A DNA stretch of 64,000 nucleotides from Patescibacteria group bacterium (GTDB lineage Bacteria; Patescibacteriota; Patescibacteriia; UBA1558; UBA10009). Both the position numbers and the translations under genes were made by a program. The DNA lies in NCBI GenBank assembly GCA_041662565.1, contig JBAZSE010000001.1:1084-65083 (forward strand). The letters run 5' to 3'. Positions 50,575-60,150 of the stretch are shown here, in pieces. The notes beneath the pieces were generated by a model. That model was not told where the DNA came from and did no database searches. It saw nothing but the letters and a program-made list of their open reading frames with translations. The first letter of the stretch is position 1; each line of letters opens with the position of its first letter.

Positions 50575-51378
50575 ATGAAAATTTTATTCTTTGGCGACAT
50601 TATTGGAAAAATTGGAAGAACCGCCATGGTTCAAGTTTTTGGCGAACTTAAAAAAAAGTATCAGCCGGATGTAACTATTGCCAATGTGGAAAATATTGCC
50701 CATGGCAAAGGAGTAACCGCTAAAACTTTAACCGAGATGAAAGAACTGGGCTTAACTTGCTTAACCAGTGGTAACCATGTTTGGAAAAAAGAAAATGTGG
50801 TTACGGCAAGCGAAGAAGCCGGTATTTGTTTACTAACTCCCGCTAATGACCCCAGAACAACCCAAGCGATGCGGGCGGTTAAATTGCGCGTTGGCTCAAA
50901 TAATTTGATTGTGGTAAACTTATTAGGCCGGGTATTTATTGATGACGATAATACTTTGCGTTGCCCTTTTAAGGAAATAGATGCCATTTTAGCGGATTAC
51001 CAAGATGGTTCTTCGGCGGTTTTGGTGGATGTTCATGCCGAAGCCACTTCGGAAAAAATCGCTTTGGGCTGGTATTTGGATGGCCGCGCGGCCGCGGTTT
51101 TAGGAACCCATACTCATATTCCGACAAGTGATGTTAAGATTTTGCCTAAAGGCACCGGTTATGTTACCGATGTAGGTATGGTGGGGCCGGTTGATTCGGT
51201 ATTAGGTGTTAAAAAAGAGCTGGTAATTGAAAAGTTTTTAAGCAATGGTCCGGTGGTGTTTGACTTTCCGGAAGATGGCGCAGTGGAAGTTAACGGCATT
51301 TATCTGGAAACCGATGATACCACGGGGTTGGCAAAAAATATAGAAAAAATCCAGGAAATTGTTATTGTCAAAAATTAA
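50575..51378 (+). CDS. ymdB: YmdB/TIGR00282 metallophosphoesterase
   Basis: GDIIG, TSGNH, DVHAEATSEK, GTHTHIPT, TDVGMVG. Confidence 0.93.
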   Translation: MKILFFGDIIGKIGRTAMVQVFGELKKKYQPDVTIANVENIAHGKGVTAKTLTEMKELGLTCLTSGNHVWKKENVVTASEEAGICLLTPANDPRTTQAMRAVKLRVGSNNLIVVNLLGRVFIDDDNTLRCPFKEIDAILADYQDGSSAVLVDVHAEATSEKIALGWYLDGRAAAVLGTHTHIPTSDVKILPKGTGYVTDVGMVGPVDSVLGVKKELVIEKFLSNGPVVFDFPEDGAVEVNGIYLETDDTTGLAKNIEKIQEIVIVKN

Positions 51379-51456
51379 CTTTTCTCTAAAAAGCGTGGAT
51401 GTTTAGTAAACCGCGCCTAAATAATTTTTTTGAGAAAATATAAGGAGGTTAAATTT

Positions 51457-51741
51457 ATGAACAAAGTAATTCTCGCCGAACAAATTTCCGCCCAATGCGG
51501 TTTAAGCAAAAAAGACGTAGAGAAAGTTTTGGATTCTTTGGAAGAAGTTATAATCGGCGCTTTAAAAAAAGGCGAAGAAGTAACGCTGACCGGTTTTGGT
51601 ACTTTTTCAGCGCGTACTCGATCGGCCAGGATGGGCGTTAATCCGCAAAAACCTGCCGAGAAAATCCAGATACCCGAAGTGATTGTGCCTAAATTTAAAT
51701 CCGGCAAGGCGCTAAAAGATGCGTTAAAGGCAAAAGCGTAA
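51457..51741 (+). CDS. hup: HU family DNA-binding protein
   Basis: MNK..L, GFGTF, R.G.NP, PKFKSGK.LKD. Confidence 0.93.
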   Translation: MNKVILAEQISAQCGLSKKDVEKVLDSLEEVIIGALKKGEEVTLTGFGTFSARTRSARMGVNPQKPAEKIQIPEVIVPKFKSGKALKDALKAKA

Positions 51742-51779
51742 TTTTAAAAATTGTGAATTAAAAAACCGCGTCTCTAATC

Positions 51780-51869
51780 GTCATTGCGAGCCCCAAAGGG
51801 GCGTGGCAATCCCGCTGTACTTGGTATGCGCATCGGGATTGCTTCGTCGCTAGCGCTCCTCGCAATGAC
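51780..51869. repeat. REP/MITE-like element nested within a terminator stem
   Basis: GTCATTGCGAG...GCAATC...GATTGC...CTCGCAATGAC inside AAAAAACCGCGTC/GACGCGGTTTTTT. Confidence 0.75.
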
Positions 51870-51889
51870 CTCTGAAGGACGCGGTTTTT

Positions 51890-52729
51890 TTAATTAGGGT
51901 AAACCACCATCACCCGTTTTGCGCCTTGCAGAATATCGGCCCCGTTATTCCAATCATGAATTGCCTCCATAATGGTTTGGTAATCGTATAAATAGTTTTC
52001 ACCTCTTCTGGTGCCTGGATCATTGGTAATAAATTTATCCGCGGTATAACCCTTTATTACCAGCATGTGGTAAACAGGTCCCGGGGCTCTAAAATTAGGG
52101 TTGCCAAGCATTCGTCCGGCTACCGGAATAATAACCGGATGCCCGCTTGATAATTCTTTTTTAATTTGTTCGATTGTCGGTTCAACCAAAATTTTTGTTT
52201 GGTAGCCCGATAGGTATTCTGCAAAAACCTGTTCAGCTTGGTTAAGATTAATATCCAATGTTTTTACGCCAAAGCGTTTGTCTATCCAGGCGATCATGGC
52301 CAAAATTTCTTTTTCCGTTTCTGTTCCCGAAATAAATGGTTGTTTATCATAGTAATGATCCACCATTATAATACTGGCTTCTTCGCAGGCCTCGTTAAAA
52401 ACCTCGGCCCAGTTGCCGGTGGGCGCTTGAGAGGTAAAAGGAATATCCAAATTAATAGTTGCGGCAATTTTAATCGGGGTAATTACCGGTTGTTCGTCTT
52501 TTGGTTTTTCGGAAACATCAGTATTGGTTTGAACTGTTGGCTCAACTTGAGAGTTTTGGTTAATGGTTGGCTGTAAGCTTTTTTGTTCTTCATAACCTGT
52601 GGCCTGTGGTAGAGCTTCTTTGGTCATATTCAGCCAAAGATCTTTAAGCCAAACTCGGCTAAAAAAGGCAACTGAGAGTAACAAAAAAAATGTTATCGTC
52701 AGCAGGTAACGGGTATTTTTTTTATTCAT
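51890..52729 (-). CDS. C39-like cysteine peptidase, membrane anchored
   Basis: PFTSQAP..W..CEEAS, HMLVIKGY, ITNDPGT. Confidence 0.85.
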   Translation of the reverse strand: MNKKNTRYLLTITFFLLLSVAFFSRVWLKDLWLNMTKEALPQATGYEEQKSLQPTINQNSQVEPTVQTNTDVSEKPKDEQPVITPIKIAATINLDIPFTSQAPTGNWAEVFNEACEEASIIMVDHYYDKQPFISGTETEKEILAMIAWIDKRFGVKTLDINLNQAEQVFAEYLSGYQTKILVEPTIEQIKKELSSGHPVIIPVAGRMLGNPNFRAPGPVYHMLVIKGYTADKFITNDPGTRRGENYLYDYQTIMEAIHDWNNGADILQGAKRVMVVYPN

Positions 52730-52777
52730 TTGTTTTTTTGGGGGTTATGGCAAGCAATTCGCTCACGAAACTAAAAA

Positions 52778-54217
52778 TTATTTAGTGATGTAATTTTTGT
52801 AATCATCATTGTTTTGCCAAGCGCTCCAAGGAATAGCTGGGTGCACGGTTTTGCCGGAAAATTTAATGGCCTTGGCAATCGCTTCAACCGGGTAGCCGCC
52901 ATAAATGTAGCTGTTGACTAAAATATACCAGTGTTGTGTGCTTTTGGGGATTTGCGAATTAAAATACTGGTCCAATTTATTTTTTAATTCTTCGGCTAAA
53001 CGTCTTTCTTCGCTTAAATTTTTAAGTCGGGCTTGGCCGTATGCAAAAGTGCCGGCAACTCCGGCTGTTGGTTTTGTTTCGCCCAAGCGCCCCAAGCCCA
53101 AGGGATTATAGCCATGGGCCACTTCTACGCCGTCAATATAACCATCGCCATCGGTATCGGCTTTAACCGCATCGGTGCCATAGGTGGTTTCTTGGGTATT
53201 GGTTAAGCCGTCATGGTCAAAATCCTGGGCAGGATCCGATGGCTGATAGGGTCCGATAAGCTCTTGGGGCAAGGTGGTAAATGTAAATTCCGGCGTGGTT
53301 AAAGTTTTATTTAAAACGTCTTTAAGCTCCACTTTGTAGTAGTAGGTTTTATTGGTTTTTAAATTTGACAATGTAATGCTATTTTCGGTACTGCGAGGCG
53401 AACTTAAATTTTTGCTTTTGGAGTAGCTTTTGCTTTTTTCGCCGTATTTAACTTCTCCTTCAACCGGCCGATTGGTTTTAAGGGTTATAATAATTTCACT
53501 GGTGCTAGTGCCGGTATTTTGGTTAAAAGGCGAAATTTCATAAATAATCAATTCAGGAACTTTTTTATCGTCTTCGGTATTGGTTTGAAAATTAAAGTTA
53601 ACGCTATATTGTTCGTTGCCGGCTTTATCTTTGGAAGAAACCTGATAGTAGTAAAGAGTGTTGCGCTTAAGCTTGCTTATGGTAATATCATGGGTTTTAA
53701 CCAAACCGTTTTTACATTCTTTATTTTTTAAATTATTGGGATTGGTATTCCAGTGCACGCAAGAATTTCCGGCTTCATCGGATTTCCAAACAAAGGTAGC
53801 AGTGTTGCCGGTTACAAAGCTGGTGTGCACATCGGTTACCGATGGAGCTTCTTTATCATTGGCTTTGGTGGTGGTAAAGTTGTAAATATCGCTGGTGATT
53901 TTATAGTTGCCAAAAGTGGCAGCTTCCAGAACAAAATAATATTTTTTTTCCGATAATAAATTGGAAAGTTTGGTTTCGTGGTAGGTGTTTAAATTATTAT
54001 CGCCCAGCCAATTGCCAAAACCGTTGGTTAAGCCGAATTTAATAAGGCCGGTAGTTGGCACATTGGTGCTCCAATAAATGGTGGCGCTTTTATCGCCGGG
54101 AGAAATTCTTAAAGAAATAATTCTGGGCAAATTATTAACCTGGGCTGATGCCAAAAAACCCGGCGCCAGCCAGGTGGTAATAGTCAGTATTAAAGCAATC
54201 AGCAGAATTTTTTTCAT
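52778..54217 (-). CDS. Secreted FN3-repeat protein with TSP3-like motif
   Basis: Three ATIxWxT..H...L.NL...YY repeats; DFDHDGL..DTDGDG. Confidence 0.8.
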   Translation of the reverse strand: MKKILLIALILTITTWLAPGFLASAQVNNLPRIISLRISPGDKSATIYWSTNVPTTGLIKFGLTNGFGNWLGDNNLNTYHETKLSNLLSEKKYYFVLEAATFGNYKITSDIYNFTTTKANDKEAPSVTDVHTSFVTGNTATFVWKSDEAGNSCVHWNTNPNNLKNKECKNGLVKTHDITISKLKRNTLYYYQVSSKDKAGNEQYSVNFNFQTNTEDDKKVPELIIYEISPFNQNTGTSTSEIIITLKTNRPVEGEVKYGEKSKSYSKSKNLSSPRSTENSITLSNLKTNKTYYYKVELKDVLNKTLTTPEFTFTTLPQELIGPYQPSDPAQDFDHDGLTNTQETTYGTDAVKADTDGDGYIDGVEVAHGYNPLGLGRLGETKPTAGVAGTFAYGQARLKNLSEERRLAEELKNKLDQYFNSQIPKSTQHWYILVNSYIYGGYPVEAIAKAIKFSGKTVHPAIPWSAWQNNDDYKNYITK

Positions 54218-54357
54218 AAACTATACTCATAGTATCTAATTTTTTTCGCTTTTTGTCAACTTTAAATTATTTCTCATCATATTGACAAGAAGCATTTTTT
54301 TTGATATTATAAATCGTTCTGACCTTTCGCAAACAATCTAACACAAGGAAAATCAAA

Positions 54358-55257
54358 ATGTCCAAAAATGATGGACAAGAGGAATCGTACGCGGTTGCAA
54401 ATGCCTTGGCATATGGAGGAGAAATTCTGCCACGACCAATGCGGTCTGATGAAGCTTCTCTTTCTCAACTTGGCACCCAGCCGCTTGGCACCTGTTCTTG
54501 GGGCGAAAATAACTTCGCGTTTGTTGGCTACTTTGAGCCGTGCATCTACATTGGCAAACTATCTTCCGATGGCTCGCTCATCGAGCTTGAGGCCATTAGG
54601 TGGGTAAGATACGGCGATCAGCTTCATCGGATCTTTCCGCCCAACGCCCAACCAGGCGAAGCCAATCGCGGGCAAACTGTGAGCCCGGGTCCGGAGGGCA
54701 CTCTGATTGTCAGCTGCAATGCCTCTAGAACATTCTACGTTCTGCAGGAACCAGAAGATTTGGGCGACTACTGGCGTTGTGTTCGGCAATTCGATTTGCC
54801 TAACTACCCGATTCCCGGATTCAGGCACGTTCATGCTGCACTTTTTACCGTAGGCAATCTACTGGTAATGACCAGCGCCGGTGATCTCAACCAACCCTGG
54901 GAGATAGGCGAATATGCCCATCAGAATGGTGCGTCGCTCGTGTATGAGGCGCATGTACAGAGAGAGTAGTCGTACCTCTATGGCATTGGCAACAGGCCAA
55001 ATGACCAGACGGCTTGGTATATAACCGACAGTCGGTCCAATGGACCGCTGGGTATCTATCGGGGAGACCAACTGGTTATCCCTCACGTTACCGGCAACGG
55101 TATCTGCTTCATGGCAGATGGTTCGGCTCTGGTGACCCAGTATGGACAGGAACTGTGTCGTGGTCCAAATGGAGCCCGCCATTCATTCGGCGGTAGCCCT
55201 GGCGCGCTGATCCATCTGCCGTCCGATTTTATCCAACAACATCTTGATCGCATCTGA
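54358..55257 (+). pseudogene. Beta-propeller-like hypothetical gene with in-frame TAG at 54967-69
   Basis: Frame stays open 95 further codons (SYLYGIG...GNGICFMADGSALVT...DRI*) up to terminator 55281-55332. Confidence 0.7.
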
Positions 55258-55330
55258 TCGAGACAATGCATTCTGGTACAGGAGAGTTAGTTGATTTCGG
55301 ATAACACCGAAACAACTAACTCTCATTTTT

Positions 55331-56857
55331 TTATTGCAAAATATTTTGCCGGTATTGCAAAGCTTCGGCTACGTGAGCCAGTTGGATGTTTGTTGAATTT
55401 TCCAAATCGGCAATGGTGCGGGCGATTTTTAATATTTTATGGTACCCTCTGGCCGAAAGTCCGAATTTATTTACAGCTTGTTTTAACAATTGCTCTCCGG
55501 CGCTATCCAAAACGCAGAATTTTTCAATCAGTTGGTGATCCATTTCGGAATTATAAAACAGTCCGAAATTTTTTAAGCGTTTGATTTGGATTTTTTGGGC
55601 ATTAGTAATTTGTTTGATGATTTTTTCTTGATTGCCAACAACATTATTGTTAGCCAACAGTTCTTCGGTTTTTAACCTTGGTACTTCCACTTGCAAATCA
55701 ATCCTGTCCAAGAGCGGGCCGGATAATTTTTTTTGATAATGCCTGATTTGCAAAGTAGTGCAGGAACAGTTTTTTTCCGGATCGGATAAAAAACCGCAAG
55801 GGCAAGGATTGGCCGTAGCTATCAAGGTAAAGCGGGCGGGAAATTGAATGGTGCTTGAGGTGCGAGAAATGGTAATTAATCCGTCTTCCAACGGTTGCCG
55901 CAAACTTTCTAAAACCGAACGGGGAAATTCTGGCAATTCATCCAAAAATAAAATTCCGCGATGTGCTAAAGTTATTTCGCCGGGTTTAGGAAAAGCGCCG
56001 CCGCCAACTAGGGCGATATTTGAAGAGGTGTGATGAGGGCTGCGAAACGGACGAGCTTGAATTAAGGGCTGGGCATCTGGTAAAAGTCCGGCTAAACTGT
56101 AAATTTTTGTCACTTCCAAGCTCTCATTTAGCGTTAACGGCGGCAACAACCCGGCTAAGGCCTTGGCGAGTAAGGTTTTTCCGCTGCCTGGAGGCCCAGA
56201 CATCAGCATATTATGGTAACCGCTGGCGGCAATAATTAGCGCTCGTTTAACCTGAGATTGGCCCTTGATTTGGTTTAAATAAATTTTCGGTTTTGTTGCC
56301 TTATCTCTAGTAAAGGATTTTTTAATTAATTTTTTTATCAAAGTTTCTGAACGCAAATGATTAACCAGCTGGTCTAGATTTTTACAGGGAAAAATTTCCA
56401 AACCCTTAATTAAGGCAGCTTCCAAGGCATTGGCTTCGGGCAGATAAATTCTTTTAATGCCCAAACTTTTAAGATTGGAAGCAATGGCTAAAACGCCGTT
56501 AATCGGCCGCAACAAACCATCTAAAGAAAGTTCGCCGATAAAAATAGCTTTTTGATTTGCAGGAGTTAAGGTGATTAATTTTTTAACCGCTAAAATGGCC
56601 ACGGCAATCGGCAAATCAAAACTTGGTCCGATTTTTTTTAAATCAGCCGGCGCTAAGTTAACCGTAACTTTGGTTCTGGGAAAAGGCAAACCGCAATTTT
56701 TAATAGAACTTCTAACCCGTTCTTTGGCTTCCGAAACCGCGGCATCCGGTAAACCAACAATTAAAAAAGCGGGCAAGCCGGCCGAAATATCGGCTTCAAC
56801 TTCAAGCAAATGGCTATTTAAGCCGATATTGGCAATACTGTAAACTTTGGCAGGCAT
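55331..56857 (-). CDS. comM: YifB/ComM Mg-chelatase-like AAA+ ATPase
   Basis: VGLPD..V.E..ERV, GPPGSGKT, PFRSPHH, NPCPCG, SGPLLDRID. Confidence 0.95.
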   Translation of the reverse strand: MPAKVYSIANIGLNSHLLEVEADISAGLPAFLIVGLPDAAVSEAKERVRSSIKNCGLPFPRTKVTVNLAPADLKKIGPSFDLPIAVAILAVKKLITLTPANQKAIFIGELSLDGLLRPINGVLAIASNLKSLGIKRIYLPEANALEAALIKGLEIFPCKNLDQLVNHLRSETLIKKLIKKSFTRDKATKPKIYLNQIKGQSQVKRALIIAASGYHNMLMSGPPGSGKTLLAKALAGLLPPLTLNESLEVTKIYSLAGLLPDAQPLIQARPFRSPHHTSSNIALVGGGAFPKPGEITLAHRGILFLDELPEFPRSVLESLRQPLEDGLITISRTSSTIQFPARFTLIATANPCPCGFLSDPEKNCSCTTLQIRHYQKKLSGPLLDRIDLQVEVPRLKTEELLANNNVVGNQEKIIKQITNAQKIQIKRLKNFGLFYNSEMDHQLIEKFCVLDSAGEQLLKQAVNKFGLSARGYHKILKIARTIADLENSTNIQLAHVAEALQYRQNILQ

Positions 56858-56949
56858 AAAAATAATTAGTTAAAAATAAAAAAATAGGGTAATAGCCAAA
56901 CTTGCGTTCGTCTAGTTGACCCTATTTTTGTCTTCTTACTTTAACTTAT

Positions 56950-57408
56950 TTAAGCGTTGTTTGTCAAATCGTTTTTTTTAAAATGCCACAGTAGTAATAA
57001 ACAACCGCAAAAAATAAAAACATCACTTAAATTAAAAACCGGAAAAATCCACCAATCAAGATAATCAATTACTCCACCGAACTTTATTCTATCCAATAAA
57101 TTGCTGATGGAGCCAATTAAAATTAAGCCAAAGCCCCAAAGTAAAGTCGTATTTTTAATAGCGAATTTAAAACCCAGAATAATAATCAAAATAATTAAAC
57201 AAAAACTTAAACCACCGGCCAGCCAGTTGCTTACGGGTAAGCTAAGTGCCAGATTGGCATTTAAAAAAAGTTTTAGCTGGAAATTAGGCCACAATAAAAC
57301 CCCTTCGGAAAAAAGAGGTTTTAAAATTATAAAGTATTTTATCAAACGATCCAGAATAAAAAGAGCCAGTAGTAATATCAATCCGAAAAATAGACGGAAG
57401 TTATTCAT
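56950..57408 (-). CDS. lspA: Lipoprotein signal peptidase II
   Basis: SNLLDR..GGVIDY..FPVFNLSD. Confidence 0.88.
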   Translation of the reverse strand: MNNFRLFFGLILLLALFILDRLIKYFIILKPLFSEGVLLWPNFQLKLFLNANLALSLPVSNWLAGGLSFCLIILIIILGFKFAIKNTTLLWGFGLILIGSISNLLDRIKFGGVIDYLDWWIFPVFNLSDVFIFCGCLLLLWHFKKNDLTNNA

Positions 57409-57784
57409 TTTTTATCAGGCAAACTTTAGGCGCGCATTTGGTGGCGGTTGGCATGATTTTTAAGCGTTCGGGCAAAATTGCTTGGCCGCACTTTTCACAA
57501 ATACCGTAGGTGCCTTCATCAATTTTTTTCAGCGAACGGTTAATCATTTCCAAGGATTGCTCCAAGGTTTCTTCCAATGATAAATTGCCTTCAAACACCG
57601 CTACTTCGGCGGCGTTTTCATCTTCTTTATCACCGTATTTGGGAAAATCGGAATTGTAATTATCTTTTTGGTGCGGATCGGCTTTGGCAAAGGAGGAAAG
57701 CTGTTCTTCCAAATGATTTTTTCTGGCTAATAAATCGGCTTTAATTTCACTGATAAAATTTTTAGGCAAAGATGATTGAGTCAT
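57401..57784 (-). CDS. TraR/DksA C4-type zinc finger protein
   Basis: GTYGICEKCG..I..ERL..P....C; own promoter TTGACA-17-TACTAT at 57848-57820. Confidence 0.88.
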   Translation of the reverse strand: MTQSSLPKNFISEIKADLLARKNHLEEQLSSFAKADPHQKDNYNSDFPKYGDKEDENAAEVAVFEGNLSLEETLEQSLEMINRSLKKIDEGTYGICEKCGQAILPERLKIMPTATKCAPKVCLIKNE

Positions 57785-58003
57785 AATTAAATGGTTAGTT
57801 GCTTACTCTGATTAAAATGAATAGTACTCGTTTTGAGCCAAATTGTCAAGGTATTTAAAAATTTTGGTAACTGAAAAGGCGCTACTAGCGCCCTCTAATA
57901 AAGTTTATTAAATAGGGGAGTAGCGCCTATGACCCAAAAATTCAATTTTTCGCCCCTTACGTATAAGGAGTGAGAAATATCACAAATTTTTGAGCTTTTG
58001 CGC

Positions 58004-58258
58004 TCTGTCCGACTGTGAGCAATGTTGCCAACCAAGCCCTTGGTGGTAATCTTCAGATTTGGATAAGAAGATAACCTTCAAAATTTTTGTTTTTTGTTTT
58101 TGTTCCCTTTCCATGAGGATTGGGAGAGAGTTGTGGCCAACTGGTCGGTCAGCGGCCTTAACGGGCTAGTAAGCAACAGAATAATCCCCTAAAAGGGTCT
58201 AAAAAGTTCCTTTAGAGGACAGATTCTTGATATAAAGTGCTATCTATAATCTTTAACT
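58004..58258 (-). ncRNA. Candidate structured ncRNA of about 250 nt
   Basis: Minus-strand promoter TTGATT-17-TATACT (58292-58264); closing stem TCTGTCC/GGACAGA; inner stem TGTTGC..AGCCC/GGGCT..GCAACA; several hairpins; no ORF. Confidence 0.5.
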
Positions 58259-58482
58259 ATTTAAGTATATCATATTTTAAAGAAAAAATCAATACCTATT
58301 TATGGCTAACTTTAGCTAAAAAAGAGCGTAAGCATTGGTGGGTGTGGATTATTGAACAACTTTTTTATTCACATAAATCACAGGTTATCCACAGTGCTTA
58401 GCGCTGTAATTGCCACGCTTAGCGTGGCACACTTAATATAGGCAGTTAATTATCAAATAATATAAACCAATAAAAATTAGGG

Positions 58483-59910
58483 CTATTTTAACCCTAGGCA
58501 CAAATTAATTTCTCCAGAAGTTGATGTAAAAGCGGTAATATTAGAAAAGTTTTGTAAATCTTGGGCTAATTTTAGCCAAGATAATGAAGTTTTAAGCCAA
58601 AAAAGATTAGAAATTAATGGTCCAGGTTGGCTAGTAAAAGTAATAGAACAGTTTAATTTAAAGGTTTTTGGCTGATAATCGTTTATTTTGTTGCTTACAA
58701 CCAATATTTTATCTTTTATTGCCATGCCTAAACCGGGGGTTGTGATGGAATTTTTCGGCATAATTTGGCGCCAACCAGATGACTGAAGTACTTCTTGCCA
58801 GCTGATTTTAGATCCATCAGCTAAAAGTTCCACAGCTTTGGTGCCATCGGGTAAAATTTTGGTTGCTTCTTTGGGTTTAAATTGTCCTAAATAGGAAGTA
58901 ATTGAACTTTTTGCCAATTCTTGATTATCAATAGTGGTAATAATAGTCCAATTTTCAGCCGACCAACCAATCAGTAAGGGTGGGTGGGCATTTTTTAGCA
59001 AATTGCTTAATGAAGTTTGGCCAACTGCCCATAACCTGGCATCAAGCTGCTGCCAAATTTTGTTAAAATTATGATTATTTTCCAATTCTGCAGGAATGCT
59101 GGTTAAATCGGTTAAACCAAATAACAAATCTAATTTTTCGGGCAAAAAATTAAAATAATCATTAAGATTTTTGTCATTTTGTGAAATTTGAGGCAAAGTT
59201 GGTTTTAAAGAAGCAACCAAAGCATAGGCACTGGAATCCAAAGTTAGTTGGTAGTTATTATTTGGATTATTTTTTAATGGTAGTAAAGCGGTTTGCAAGG
59301 CATTTAAAATTCCTGTTGGTTTTGGTTCATTAAAAAATGCTTGGTTTAAGTTGATTTGTAGCCAGGGGGCGATAGTTAAGGAAAGGTATGCCGGCGTGCT
59401 AGGGCTGATTTTTTGCGCTAGCATTTGGTCTAAAATTTGTTGATTTGAAGCCAGTAGTAAAATTTGTTTTTTAAATAGATTTTTTTGCCATAAGCCAAAA
59501 TTGTTTTGTTCGGCCAGTTTGGCTGATTTTTGGTCTTTAAGTTCCACAATCAATCCGTAATTTTTGTTATCTTGCCAAAAAACAATCAAATGGTCTGATC
59601 TTTTAAGCAAAGCCACTGCTTCGGAGGGCAATTTTTGCATTTCATTGCTTAATTGATTTTGAGCAGTTTGATAAATTTTATTTAAACCGGGATTTTTTAA
59701 AATTTTTTGCTGCTGCAATTTGGGAAAACTAAAGCGATCATCTTTAAATTCAAAGCTAATTTGGTAATTTGGGGGCAAAAATTGCCCTAGCTCATAGGTT
59801 GGTTTGAGGTAATTTTGAAATAACAGCCAGCCTGCCCAAATTAAACAACCAATCAGAAAAACAATAATTATTTTGGTATTATGTTTTTGCCAAAAGTTAA
59901 TTGAATTCAT
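58483..59910 (-). CDS. Membrane-anchored hypothetical protein
   Basis: N-terminal TM; contains ILPDGT.A.EL segment. Confidence 0.7.
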   Translation of the reverse strand: MNSINFWQKHNTKIIIVFLIGCLIWAGWLLFQNYLKPTYELGQFLPPNYQISFEFKDDRFSFPKLQQQKILKNPGLNKIYQTAQNQLSNEMQKLPSEAVALLKRSDHLIVFWQDNKNYGLIVELKDQKSAKLAEQNNFGLWQKNLFKKQILLLASNQQILDQMLAQKISPSTPAYLSLTIAPWLQINLNQAFFNEPKPTGILNALQTALLPLKNNPNNNYQLTLDSSAYALVASLKPTLPQISQNDKNLNDYFNFLPEKLDLLFGLTDLTSIPAELENNHNFNKIWQQLDARLWAVGQTSLSNLLKNAHPPLLIGWSAENWTIITTIDNQELAKSSITSYLGQFKPKEATKILPDGTKAVELLADGSKISWQEVLQSSGWRQIMPKNSITTPGLGMAIKDKILVVSNKINDYQPKTFKLNCSITFTSQPGPLISNLFWLKTSLSWLKLAQDLQNFSNITAFTSTSGEINLCLGLK

Positions 59911-60150
59911 AAGTGACGTAGGGCGAGTGAAGTAAAAAAGTTATCGGTAATCAAATAATAATCATATTGTAGCACAAAAATTGGCATTTATGGAAAAAGG
60001 CCTAATCGTTAATTCCAAGGGTTGACAAAATTAAGGATTTATGATAATGTTTAGCGTTCTTGTTCATTTGTTCATTGAGAACTTAACAAGAATAAACCAC
60101 ACAAATAGGGCAATTTCGCCCAAATCCATCCCAAATCAAAAGGGAAGACA

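Noticed and set aside
58360-58400. DnaA-box-like TTATCCACA/TTATTCACA as oriC
   Set aside because: Only one or two boxes; similar single boxes at about 19969 and 27358; no dnaA/dnaN nearby
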